Of a DNA stretch of 64,000 bases, positions 36,166 through 48,535 are shown piece by piece (within the stretch, counting starts at the first letter, position 1; every line of letters starts with the position of its first letter). The notes below the pieces were generated by a model, which was given only the letters and a program-made list of their open reading frames with translations, did no database searches and was not told where the DNA came from. The DNA comes from Botryllus schlosseri (Eukaryota). The stretch lies in assembly GCA_051294905.1 (NCBI GenBank), contig CM119371.1, forward strand, positions 14,820,001 through 14,884,000. Direction: 5' to 3'. The position numbers and the translations under genes are program-made.

Positions 36166-37166
36166 TAGGGATGGTGTGAACGTGAGGTTCACGTTCGCGT
36201 TCTGTGTGTGAACCTCAGAAATTTAGAGGTGCACGTTCACAAACGAACCTCGGTAGGTTCTGGACTGTGAACCTTTTTCATATATTAATATTTCCACTTC
36301 ATTATAACATCTTTGGTTGAAATTTATTGCATTCCAACTGCGGGCCACTCTATGCATGGCGCTTGCAGCATAACAATATCGACACTAAACGAGCATGCAC
36401 TTTGACAATCCCAAATATTTTACTTGCTTTGCTACAACAGTTTGCTCGAAATATCTAGCTTTCCGTTTGTGAATATTTAGTGACTCTCTGCTGTGAGCTT
36501 GACCCGATATGACACAACATCGAGAGCGAAATACACTACATGTAGGTAGTCAGTGAATGATGCTTATTCAACCAATCAATGGAATTGATATTGTTGTCTA
36601 ATTTAGAAAATCTAGCAGGCATGCAGGGCCAGGCTCAATATTGACTTCATATGTTTATTGTATCATAAAAACCAAATCCGTGCAATTGGGGTGTTATGGC
36701 TACTGCTGTATAACTTGTTAATGGGGTGATATCGGCAGCAAGTATAGAAACCCGTTTTACACTCTGCTCAATATCAACGTAGCAATACTCAAACGCCGAA
36801 TGCATTGTCCGGTCTAGCCTATAGACCGTTAAGGCGTAAGCTTATATCCGCTTGCAAGTCCTCGTCGAAATTGTTGGCAAAGCGACGGAAGATATTGATT
36901 TTATGACATTATTGTATCATTTGCTTGCCCCAGTTGATGCGTTTGACGACGTTTAAAACGTCAGCATTGTGTCATTATGTGGCCCGAGTCGTCGCTAGGC
37001 ATCGTGCGCATTAATATAGGCTATCACCTCACTGAAATGTAGGGTTGGAGTTGGCAATATGACGTCACGTGACGTCATGAGGTTCACGTTCGCGTTCACA
37101 CAGAACCTTACAAAAAGGTTCGCGTTCACACGAACCTGAACCTTTCAGAAGTTCACACCATCCCTA
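36166..37166. mobile_element. hAT-type MITE family B (TAGGGATGGTGTGAAC termini, GTTCAC subterminal repeats)
   Basis: TAGGGATGGTGTGAAC ... GTTCACACCATCCCTA; colinear homolog at 48536-50401. TSD is not clean. Confidence 0.85.
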
Positions 37167-38257
37167 ATGAGTGTACGCATATAATACTTTTCTTACTAAA
37201 CTATACCGCCGATCCAGGAGCCAGCGAAACTGTTATATGCAGGTCGCATGGAGAATATAACACTTACAATAAAGTAGAATTCAAATGTATTTGGTCACAT
37301 TCCCGTATCACTTCTGACCCAGAAGGTCCCAGACAGACAGAGAAACCCGAATCACGATTAATTCTAACGTCCGCGTTTACAATTAAATCTTTTGGTTTCC
37401 TCATAACGCATACGCAGAGTTAGCGCCAGTTTACGACTAAAACAAAGGACAACTTTTATTCAGTCTTCATAGTCAGTGTTTGAGCGGTTGAATTCAAACG
37501 ACAAATCTTCGAATTTTTGGCAAAATTTCGTTGTTTGCGAATAAAGGTGTTGCTAGAATATAACCCTATAATGTAATTATTGTGTATACAGGATTGATAA
37601 ATAAAGTATTCAAGCGAAAAGCAAGGTCGTGCATTTTAAGGAAACATATTGGAATCGCGAACCGTTTGAAGGCTTGAATTTGACACTCCTGGACTAAATC
37701 TGCGTTCGCGAAAATGTAGAGCAGATACGGCTATACGAGATTTAGACACTCCAACGATGGAAATACCGTATTGAAACTATATGTTTGTCGTTGACAAAAT
37801 ATTACTCTCTGAAGGCACATATTTTATTACTTTGTATTCCTCTACAGTCTACTCGAGTCGAATCATTACATTTGATACTGAACAAGGATTCGATTACTCG
37901 AACTGTTGTTCCCAGCCCTATCCGTGAATTGACATTCAATATCAAAGCTATACCATATCGCCTATTGCTTAAATCGCCATCCAAATTCTTGCTCTGTGCG
38001 GATAGCTGAGCGAAAATAGCACATATGTTTTTGGCCATACATTAGGCCACAGCCGACCACAGATAGGATGATATTTTTCGTCATTATTCCGACTGGCCCT
38101 CCAACTTTTCAATTGATGATCAAAGTCTGCCGTTGGAAGAATCGGATGTGACATTATCTTTAACGTGTTCGGCGGAGCACATAAATCCATTCGAGCCCAA
38201 TGGGTTATTGCTTTGATGAAGTCCGCCAATTGCGTAATTCTATTTTGATATCTGTAG

Positions 38258-38896
38258 GGTTGAATCACGGGATTCGGCTTTGGTATGGCTGTGTGTAATC
38301 CTGTAAGTGGGGGCTAACATCGATCATTATCTTTTTTCTCGTACCAAAGCAATTCAGAATAGATGGTGCGTTTACAAGAAGTGTATGCGTTCGCGCATTG
38401 AAAACGTGGCTATATGGCAGTCGTTTGGTAACATTCCGTGTCCGTTGAGATAATAAAATACTTATTCACTTACGTGCAACCTTAACATTGGTAGTGTGTA
38501 TGAAAATTATGAATTTTACGAAACAGGAAGTATGGTGGTCGTGGTCGCATAGGGTCGAGGTCGAGGTCGATGTGGCCAACGTACTCAACGTTGCTACTCA
38601 TTAGAAGTCGAAGTATAACGCCATAAATTTCTAGTCCATTGCAATTGAAAGTACCAATTTCAAGGATATGTTATAACAACTTTATGTATAGTAGAGAATG
38701 GAGGTCTCATAGGTCACAACTACTCAAATTAATAGTTTCATAGAGTAGATGTAATCGAGAAGTGGCATAATTTAGCAGTTAATCATGGGTGTCTACTGTC
38801 TACTTCTGGCATTCCCAAATGCAATGTAGCGACGAACGCAAAATGAAAAATGATACTAGAAATAGGTGCAGTTTCCGAAAATAAATTCAGTTACCG
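38258..38896 (+). pseudogene. Decayed LU second-half exons (38258-38302 and ~38776-38896)
   Basis: CTGTAG|GGTTGAATCACGG...TGTAATCCT|GTAAGT reads WLNHG/FGFGMAVCNP with a frameshift. TTTAG|CAGTTAATCATGGGTGT reads VNHGCLLSTSGIPKCNVATNAK*. The sequence after 38896 duplicates the intron after 40386. Confidence 0.5.
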
Positions 38897-40251
38897 TGAT
38901 ACATGGGCTGTTGTTTGTGGTTGTCATGGTGTTTGTCGACTACTATGATCATTTACAGCAGGCCCATATATTCTTTATCATGATTCCGTATCTGACGACT
39001 TGTAGCACGACCCTTGTATAGCGTCTTTTCAAGAGATCGCTTACGCGGATTTGTTGGCGAGGAGGAGTTTCGTCAAAATAAATTATACTCGTTACTGAAC
39101 GACATGTATCTGACCTAAAGCACATGTTTCACACATACAAACATCACACTTTACCCTTGACATATATCACCGTGTTTAGGAGTGTATGTGACTTATTCAT
39201 GCCAACAAAAATTGGTGTGAATGCCACGAGTCGGGCGAGAAGCGCTCCTGATTTGTCTGCATCTTATACTAATGTGGTAATCGTTCGTATAAAGTGATAG
39301 ATTCAGTTCATGCTCAGAACCAGAATTCTTGATTATTTAATATATATATGAATTGTTATCACGTAGTGTAACTGACAGTCGAATGAAGACGGCGCATGTG
39401 AGTTTTCACATATATTATGTGTGGTTTGATAGGAATTGATTATGTGATTCACACTCTGTCGCAGTAATCAGATACATGAATGAGAGAGAAAGCCGCTCAG
39501 ACAACCACACAGCCAGTCTTGCCCAAAGGAAAGGCGCAATCATCAATCTCGAGTCTGGGCTACGCCCATGTTCGAGTTCGCTTCATGCTCAGGCCGCGAA
39601 GTTACGTCTCTTCATCGCGGGGCTCGGATTCGCAATTTAGAACAACCACGATCAAGATACACACTGTAGAAATGATCCCTCTAAGTATGATCTTAGTTTG
39701 ATGAGTCCAGTCGCGCGCACATACTCGAAAAATTATATATAGCTTTAATGGTGAGCAGAGCATCGCATCTCTCTCTCTCTCTCTCTCTACTTTTCTTTGC
39801 TGCCCACATGCGGATCGCTAATTTTAGTCTCCAATCTGGGAGAGAGAGACTGCTCTTGCATACGGTTGGTAATATGAATTTTATCGCCCAACAAGAATTT
39901 CTGCTAAGCGTGTGATTATTAGGCCAAATGTTAGACGAACGGGGTTACCTACGAGATGACACATGACACATGTATATACATTGGCTATTTCGCCCGGTCG
40001 TTATGACGATCTCACAAATAAAGGTGATGCAAAGGTACCCCAAAACTATTTCCTACTTCACAAAATTGAAAGTGTGAGAAATATGTAGTTTTGGTTAACA
40101 ACTGAAACTGTAACCACTTGAGTATTAGTACTGAAAGAAAATAAACCTCTACTTGCGCACTCCGAAAATCAGAATAACTTCGTTATTCGCCTTTGCAGTA
40201 CACTCGTTATGAAATAGTACCAATACTGAATAGCTTTCAACACGTTTCCAG

Positions 40252-40386
40252 ACCAACGCGGGTGCTTCACTCCGAACGAATGGGGAAATTGTGAAACTCT
40301 GTCCAAGTATTTCTGCAGCAACACCAACGCATTCCACTGCTGCAAAGGGGATAATTGCAATAGCGAAGATCCGCTGCTGAACTGGG
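40252..40386 (+). CDS. Receptor-like gene exon: C-terminal half of an LU domain
   Basis: GTTTCCAG| acceptor, G|GTGAGA donor, phase 1-1; QRGCFTPNEWGNCETLSKYFCSNTNAFHCCKGDNCNSEDPLLNW with the hallmark CCxxxxCN. An alternative upstream acceptor at ~40198 is possible. Confidence 0.8.
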
Positions 40387-40984
40387 GTGAGATATTCTTT
40401 GTTTGTTTGTTTCGTGGTATTCATGGTGTTTGTCGACTACTATGGTTATTTACATCAGGCTGATATTCTTCATTATCCGTAACTGCCGACTTGTAGCACA
40501 ACCCACTTATAGGGTTTTTGTGAGACACCGCTTACGCGGATGAGGCGGTGTCTTACAAAAAGGGGTGAGATATTGCGGATTGCACCCATTTAGGTAAAAC
40601 TATATCGCATGCGTGCATGTAGCGTGGCGCGCATCATCTGCGGTTCAAGTTCGCATAAGCACCAAAGTTCCGAAAACTTTTGGTTTGAACAAACATAGAA
40701 GCACTATGACTGATACAAATGCGATTATTTGATATTTTCAGTGACCGGAACTATGATTATCTCTTCTACATAGATAGAAGGTTAAAGTAACGATAAATCA
40801 CCCAAGAGGCAGTGATATGACTAGCAGCGATGTAGGATGATACTAAAGAGCTTCTTGGAGGTGCAGAACTCCAATATACAATTGAATAGTTTATTCATAA
40901 TGAAATGAACCCGTGATGCGCTCGGAGAAAAGCTCACCCTTGAATCATCCCCTGAAACCTGATTCAGAACAGACAAAGGTCATG

Positions 40985-41191
40985 AATTCTGCCATTGGTA
41001 AGCATTTGTTAGATAATCTTGTTTGTGTGAAAGCGTATGCTTGTCGAGACGACAGATTTCGCGTCGTCAGGAGAAGCCGTTCGCACCTTCATTTGTGTGC
41101 CTTGGAGTCGACTTTTTTCAAAATACGCCAGCCAAGTCTGTACCAACAAAAGGAGTTCGTGTACCATCTAAAAATAGTGCATTCAGATTAA
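40985..41191 (+). mobile_element. Penelope-like retroelement fragment (GIY-YIG endonuclease C-terminus)
   Basis: SAIGKHLLDNLVCVKAY...DDRFRVV..SRSHLHLCALESTFFKIRQPSLYQQKEFVYHL matches the PLE GIY-YIG tail pattern (SAIxxHL...LEAxxI....P.L..QKE). Confidence 0.8.
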
Positions 41192-42088
41192 GCACTCTCT
41201 TTGCTATGATTGTTTGATATGTCATACCGGTGACGTAATACTCTGTGATACGATTGTCGCCATACAATGTTCCTTTCAATTCTCTCTACTGGTTGCTGAC
41301 GATTACCCTGACTAGTGCCAGCCGATTATATTCGGATTCATTTCAATATGAATACACTATTGACTATTCAATAGGACGGAACTCTTGTTAAATGCTTTTC
41401 AAAGTAAAAATGACGCTCGAAAACGTATGTGAGTATAAAAGATTTTGCAGCTCGAAGACGTGGTACTGGAAGCAGGCTATGCTATTTTTAGCAATTGCGG
41501 CATTCCGTTAGTCCGGCGTACCGCCGGAGACTCTTAAATTTCACCAAGACTATCGCACTATCGGCACGAATATTACTGTTATATATATAAAGCATTCGAC
41601 GGGGCTATTCTGATGCATTCATCTCTTGCTTGTCTATTGTGATCATGGGGCCAGGCACAGACTCCGGCCGATGAGGATATGTTAAGTTGGAAGTAAGTAA
41701 AACTGGTTGAATTCACTTGCACTGCCAAGACTTTGATCGATATATTGTCCTGTAATATGCAAAACTGTTGTTCAGTCACGTCTGTTCTTATACATATTCG
41801 TTATAACGTCATGACAGTTTTGTTCGACGTGCCCAAACCGCCAATCGTCCCCCACATCTACCCGCAGATTCAATTGCAACATTTGCGATGGGTCTCAGAA
41901 AATCGAAGAAAACGTAATCCCGAGTGAAGTTATGCTTGATACCAACTTTAAGTCACCCAGTACACCGACTATAATGTACGTACACTCGATCCAGCCCAAT
42001 AAGCACTTCGTACCTAACGCTAACTAACGAAATCTCAACTTCTGTGCCGAATTGAAACATCACTATTATGTACTCATCGTTTTAAAAG

Positions 42089-42258
42089 CTCCGAAGATAC
42101 CAACAAACTTGGTGAGCTACGTGACTGATTCATCGGTTGAGCTGTCGTGGGATCCCATTTGCATTGGAGATTATCGTTATGACGTAGAATATGCAAAATT
42201 GCTTGGCGGAACAACTGCAGGCCAAGACCACATAACAGTCGCAGTATACACGAATGCG
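42089..42258 (+). CDS. Receptor-like gene exon: fibronectin type III domain, first half
   Basis: AAAG| acceptor, GCG|GTGAGT donor, phase 1-0; APKIPTNLVSYVTDSSVELSWDPICIGDYRYDVEY (PxNL...T.SS..LSW.P...Y.V.Y). Confidence 0.88.
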
Positions 42259-43065
42259 GTGAGTACTGACTAGGCATATATGTGGATTTGCTACTACGCA
42301 GTTGCGAGAAAGTTATAATAATCACTAAATAAACTAGGAGGAATGGGTCCTACAGTTTTGTAAGAACGGAAGGTGGGCATGACCATTCGAATAGTCGAAT
42401 GGAGTATTAACCGCAACGATTCGAATCGAGTAGCTGGAGTGGATATTTTCCTTTGCCGAAGTTATGACCTTCGGTCTAGGAATTGTTTTGCCGTAATGAC
42501 GCTTATATCGCACCGTGAGACTATATCTGAGCCATTTTAATTCAGTTGTGAATGTGTAACTGCGACTCTCTGATGTAATCGCATAATCGTATTCTTACTT
42601 ACATACAATTGTTCTGGTCTTCTATTACTGCGTGTGACGTCTTAGTTATTCAACTGTTCAACTCGATACTAGGACTGGAGTCAAGAAGAAGGGGGCATTT
42701 CAAAATATATTTCCTACCATCATTCACCATCTGCATCGCCCAGTTGTCATGACAATTTGTCATGCGAAAGCGATACAAATCTATCCATGTACTACGTTCT
42801 ACTATAGACAACACCTAAAAAAGTAATTAGGTTTGCTGCGGAAACTGTCGTTGAAGTAGAAGTGGCAGTAATCCAACACGAAACCGCTTGAGTAAGCTAA
42901 GTATAGAAAAATTGTACAAAACTGTCTTGAGTATTTCGCAAATAGGATTAGGCTACTTCGAAACTGACCATTCCTGAATGTTATGCCTAGTTTCAATCCA
43001 CTAAAGTCAAATATTCGTACGGGACAGAAACACTGCTTTATTGATACAATGCATCTATTTACCAG

Positions 43066-43189
43066 GTCGAGGTTGGTTCGCTGGAATCCGGAACTTCGTA
43101 CCTTTTCCGGGCGAGATCATATCACGGCGGAGTTTTCAGTGAGGCGCAGGCAGTCGAGGCCTCAACACTCGCGACATCAACAACAACAG
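43066..43189 (+). CDS. Receptor-like gene exon: FN3 second half plus Ser/Thr linker
   Basis: TTTACCAG| acceptor, CAG|GT donor, phase 0-1; VEVGSLESGTSYLFRARSYHGGVFSEAQAVEASTLATSTTT (LxxGTxYxFR tyrosine-corner motif). Not in the ORF track in this frame. Confidence 0.88.
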
Positions 43190-43266
43190 GTCTGTGATAT
43201 GTTATAGGGTGAATACATCAAACGAGAAATCATGCTGCAGATGTTTTTTTAAGCATTCGTGTATAG

Positions 43267-43885
43267 CAGTGGTTCTTAACCTTTGTTTCACGGAACACTA
43301 GGGGTTTTGTGGAGGTCAAGACGCACTCTCAACTCATATATATGATTTGTGATGATACGATCGTCTTGGCCATCATTGGTTGCGTGCAATTAGGACTGAT
43401 CAGTAGTCGAATATTGACTGTTGTGGTGGTAGGTCGTGTGCAGTGCGCACGCGGGAAATGTTGGTTTTCGAAACCGAAACCCCGGCCTTCTGAAACGTCA
43501 ATTACATCTATATAAGCATGAATTTAATGACTGGTATTACGCAGTTGCGTATCGGTCGTACAATACGATGACACTATCCAAGGTGTAGCCTATCATTTGT
43601 GAACTGCTGTCTGAATGGAAACAGCAGAAGTCGCACTGATATTAAATAAATATTCATTATAATGTTATATTTAATAATGGTTTCTTCCTTCCAACACTCT
43701 GTTGATTAACCTGATGTACGGTTCATTTTATACATCAGTAATCTATGGTGAGTATATTAGATGTCTGGTTGGATGTGTATTGCGGTAGATTTTTGTTCGT
43801 ATGAATCGCCGAAAATTTGGGGTCCACGAAGGCTTGCAGATTAGAGTAAGTGTTCCGCGGGTTAGTAAAGATTATGAACGTGTGA
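43267..43885. mobile_element. Degenerate hAT MITE
   Basis: Left end CAGTGGTTCTTAACCTT...CACGGAAC; decayed right end GTTCCGCGG...AAAGATTATGAAC. No clear TSD. Confidence 0.5.
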
Positions 43886-44612
43886 TCTAAATACAGAGGG
43901 AGTGCAAGTACTCAGCGATCGTAATCAAATAGAAGTAGAAGCAACGCCTAATTTTTCAACTCCATTACAAGTAGCCATTTCCAAGGCATGTTAACACTAC
44001 TTCAAGTGGGAGTACAATATGATTGGTATTGAAATCCCTAGGGTTTACTTTACACATGTAATAATTACGGAAAGTTTTTGTTGCAGTCAAATCCGTGGAA
44101 AGTTGCGCTTCTTTTTAACAAAAGTTGCATTTATGGGCAGGTTCCTTGAAATTGTCAGGGTATGAGATACCGGAATGGTTACGTATCCAAGACACTGTAG
44201 CAAAAAACTAAATGTTGGCGACATCAACATGATCAAAAGCCTGAAAAAAGTGACCCAGTGAAAATATAATTTTTGGCGGTCTGGCCGGAATGTACGTCAA
44301 ATCAAAAAATACCTCAAATTTAACGACAGTGAATTAATCAAGAGAACTATTTACATTTATTGTCAAATATTTTCCAGTAAAAAGTTAGTTGCATAAAAAA
44401 TTGAACAAAAACTTGCAAAATGTTGCATGAAAAATCGCAAAGAGTTGCAAAAATTTACATGAAAAATCGAAAAAGTTGCAATTTAAGATTCCTCCAAACA
44501 GTATGAAACACCGTACTACACAACTTCTGAGTATTTGAAATCTGCCGGAAGTTGTAACAGAAAGTTGCAAAAGCTGCAAAAATTGCCATTAATAATAAAT
44601 TACATTTTGCAG

Positions 44613-44699
44613 TTAATCGGAGATGGGTACTTTCGAAATTGCAGGTTGCGTCTGCTGTCTGCACGGCTAACGCAAAATCACTAATGACGATACAAATAG
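44613..44699 (+). pseudogene. Frameshifted remnant of an LU first-half exon
   Basis: Reads approximately EMGTFExC/VASAVCTA/RKITNDDTN(R) across frameshifts. Ends AG|GTAGAA in phase 2, exactly what the 45964 exon needs (R-LHSRGC). The 5' part abuts an inverted dispersed repeat. Confidence 0.55.
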
Positions 44700-45963
44700 G
44701 TAGAATCTTTGAAAATATATTCTGTTACCGTGATAGAAATTTATTTCACGCCGTTCTTAAAAGTGATGAAAACCTTTTCCAACAGTACATCTGCTTTTAA
44801 AATCCAAATTATAATAAATTAGCAGTTTTAGCAGAAGCACTTCATGTATGGAGGATACCGATCTGACAACCTGCATTCATACGGATAAGTCAGTAACTCC
44901 TACAATCCGATTCAGGGGCAAAGTGCTGGGTGACCGACAGGTATTTCGAAGCTGAAAATTACTTGAAGACATGTCCTAATTCCGGTGACTGGTGTTTCAC
45001 GCAAGCCGAATACTTCGCGAACACTTCGGAACGGTATTATATATGGTTGGTCGTGTCAGTACTCGATTGACGCAACTATTTTGAAGAGTAAAGTTATTCG
45101 CCTGTGTTGTTTTTCACGACGAAGAGCGAATTGTTGCTCAAGTCGAAGTAGAAGTAACGCCACAAATTTCTACTCAATGACAAGTATATGCTTCGATAAG
45201 ATTAGCAATTTCGAAGACACGCCAAACTTACTTCATGTAGTAAAAAATGATGATCTGAAATGTACTCGAGCACGAATATCTTAAAAGTAGATTTGGTAGC
45301 TGGTTGCATACTTTTAACAGTTAATCGGAATTTTAAGATGTATCTTTCCCTCTATCGTCACCGTCATTTCAATAAAATTTCTATCAAATCAATACACCAC
45401 GATATCGTAATATCAGGAGAAGATAAAGAATTGGTGCCGAAACGACTTGGAGCAGTCTTTCAATCAGACACCCGCATGGCTTACAGCGTGCATAAATAAG
45501 AGGCATGCACACTGTATTTGAGAAAGGATAGAATAAAAGGAATCAAGATGATCAGACACGCTACGAAATTATATTTTGTTACCTAGACACGGCGGCGATG
45601 ACGCCGAGTTACCATGAAAATTCCGTTCGTAAAAGTGATGCAAGCTTATCCTCAAACTAATTTATACTTTATAAAATCCAAAGTGTCGATAGTAAGTAGT
45701 TTTGTCAAAAAAAAACTCTTCGAATAAAAGTGTTAGTAGTCTCAAAGCATAACCAATCGAATATCGAATAAATTAGAAGTAGGCCTACTTTGTTACTGGT
45801 CACCTCTGAGTGGGTTAACCATTCTCATCGGTCATGAAATTAAAACACGAAACACTAAAGACCTACTAGTTAAAACGTCTATACATTGATCACGGGAGAA
45901 ACTATACTAGCTATCCGCAAAACCGAATGGTGAACTATTTCGTAATTTGTTCGACATATTCAG

Positions 45964-46112
45964 GCTTCATTCGAGAGGCTGCATGAGCGAATCTGATTGT
46001 CAGAAATACGTGACATCCAATGATAAGGCTTGCAAGCCTGGAGAGATCGGGGCGGTGTGCCACTTTTGCTGTAAAGGGCAATACTGTAACACAGTCGAGT
46101 GGACCTACTCTG
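45964..46112 (+). CDS. Receptor-like gene exon: C-terminal half of another LU domain
   Basis: ATTCAG| acceptor, G|GTAATT donor, phase 2-1; LHSRGCMSESDCQKYVTSNDKACKPGEIGAVCHFCCKGQYCNTVEWTYS. Its partner exon is damaged, so usage is uncertain. Confidence 0.78.
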
Positions 46113-46203
46113 GTAATTACACTATTTCTGTCCATTGATACCATGAAAAGTATCAGTTGCCACAGCTAATGTGTCTACCTACAATATACATGTTTCCCGA
46201 TAG

Positions 46204-46341
46204 GATTAACCTGCGAAAATATACCCGTCGAGGAACGTATACAATGCGGATGGAGCGATATGCCAATAGCGGCTTGTCTGCAACATGGGTGTTGCTACGT
46301 GCCGTCCAATGATACAACGGCGTGGTGTCATCACGGAAAAT
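46204..46341 (+). CDS. Receptor-like gene exon: trefoil (P-type) domain
   Basis: GATAG| acceptor, T|GTAAGA donor, phase 1-1; LTCENIPVEERIQCGWSDMPIAACLQHGCCYVPSNDTTAWCHHGK fits the six-Cys trefoil pattern C...RxxCG...C...GCCY...WC. Confidence 0.9.
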
Positions 46342-46706
46342 GTAAGATATCATCACATGCACTTCGTTGTAGCCAAGTAGGTTGCCAAAGTATGTACGGG
46401 CGACATCGAATAACAACCGATTTGAATAGGAACGGAATCAGAGGTGATCAGTAACAAAGTACGCCATTTTGGGCGGTACTGGAGTAGGTTTAGGCTGTAC
46501 AGTACATCTGATACTTAATGCTTGAACAACTGCTTCGTGGTAAAAAACTGAAGATTTCTTTCATCAGAATATCCATGGTAATAGTAGGCCTAAATTAATT
46601 ATCACTTGAAGAATTTCCGGGTGAATCTGCTCAAGAGTTATCGCCACAGTAAAGGGATTAAAAAAGATACAAAAGTGGAACCAATATGATACAGTATGAC
46701 GTAACC

Positions 46707-47976
46707 CAGAGGTCTCAAACACGCGGCCCGCCAGACCATTTTGTGCGGCCCGCGACGGCATTTTGGATTTCGAAGTATTCGACAATATTTAACTAACAAT
46801 TTTAGTTAATTCGAGAACTTGAAATTCGCTCTAAAACTACTCTAGAAGCCAGAAACTACTCATCAAACTTCACTATTACATCACTTTCAAAAGTTACGAC
46901 GCAACGGAAGATTACCTATTACGTGACATTACTTGTTCATGATGGTTGAACATGACCCGTTGATGATTCGTACTGGAAATTGTGATTTGGACTTGGCCGC
47001 GACCTTTTGTAGAATTACTCGAATTCAATGGGTGATAAAATAAAAATGACTCGAGTTGAATCGCGTCAAAAGATACAATGAGAGAAGGACTTTTGTGACG
47101 AGGAACGCCGTCACTTGGTACAACCACGGACGAAACAGATTATGAAACTGGTATTGAAAACAGTAAAACATCAAAAGGTCGTGACCTACGTTTCGTCGCT
47201 TATTTAGATATCTAAGAAGGTCGGTATGGCAACCATTGGCATTATGCTACCCTCTTGATGTATAGTTGATTACATCATGCAGTCATCTCGGGTATCTTTA
47301 TCCATGTTATTATCGCTAATTAAATGTGGCAAGTATAAAGTAGTCGTAGCCTACGCTTCACATCTGTAACACAAATGGATTCTTCGGCGATTGAACATTT
47401 CTATTGCTATGGCACAGTAATCGACATATTCAAATTGTTATTGGTCTGTTCGAATATTCGAAGGTAAACCTGACGCTGGTTTAATTTGACTTTGGTAATG
47501 ACATGATCAATATAGCCTAGTTATCAGGAGTATACCCGAGACCTGGATTAGGCTCTACTGCTGCAATGCTCTGATATCAAATCGATATTTCTAAAATTCT
47601 AAAATTCTACCTATATAATTGCGGCTCGTCAAAGGTCCGCTAAGCTGCAAAATTATAACGCGACATGTTTTACGATGTCCTGATGTATTTGTTCTCTCGC
47701 ATGGTGTCTACAACTAATTATTTTGACAAATTATGCCAAGTACAGCAACAATAATTTCATTCAAATATCTAAAAAAATTATTTTTTCGTGACAGGCGTGA
47801 ATTCACAATAGTAAATCACATTTTTACGATGCGTGTGGAATGTCAGTCTGCAAGGTCCCATCAAATCTGGCCTACTTAGAAATACATTGAATTTGCCTAT
47901 TATTAGTGCTGCGGCCCGCGGTGCCATCAAAAAGTAGGAAATTGGCCCACGAGCACCTTTGAGTTTGAGACCTCTG
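46707..47976. mobile_element. hAT MITE
   Basis: CAGAGGTCTCAAAC ... GTTTGAGACCTCTG; perfect TSD ACGTAACC. Confidence 0.92.
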
Positions 47977-48535
47977 ACGTAACCAATAAACTTACAACAA
48001 ATGAAACTCGCATTGTATATATGGCAACGACAGAATTTGAAGTATACCGTGCAATAGTAGCAACGAAAATTGTTAAAACGACAACGGCATATACAAAACA
48101 AAGAAAACTAATGGAATATTTGCAAATTATACAGATACACGTTTCATTCTTAATGACAAACTTCAGTCATTGCTTACGTTAAATGAATTGGTGATACGAC
48201 TGTTGATATTTAACTTTGTGACGAGTTTCAGCCGAAAATATTCGGGTATATTTCACTATAAATGTACTATTATATTTGTAATACCGCCGATTCGGCGTGA
48301 ACTACTTAAGGGGGACGTCGTTATGTGCCGACTGTTGCAAATCAATTACCGGGGTGCCACAAATTAAATAAATCTTATCGACGATAGGGCCCTAGATAGC
48401 ATACGCAGCCTCTTCATGATATTTTCGGATCAATGCTATCACTTCAGAGACGCAAACAGTATCCGAATTGGATCAGGATTTCATCTTATTGAACAGGATT
48501 GCATCCGAACCGCGTAAAACTTGACGCGTTCCTTC

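Noticed and set aside
41190..41440. Hammerhead ribozyme expected near a Penelope element end
   Set aside because: No CTGAnGA...GAAA core with pairing stems could be identified by eye; a covariance-model search would be needed.
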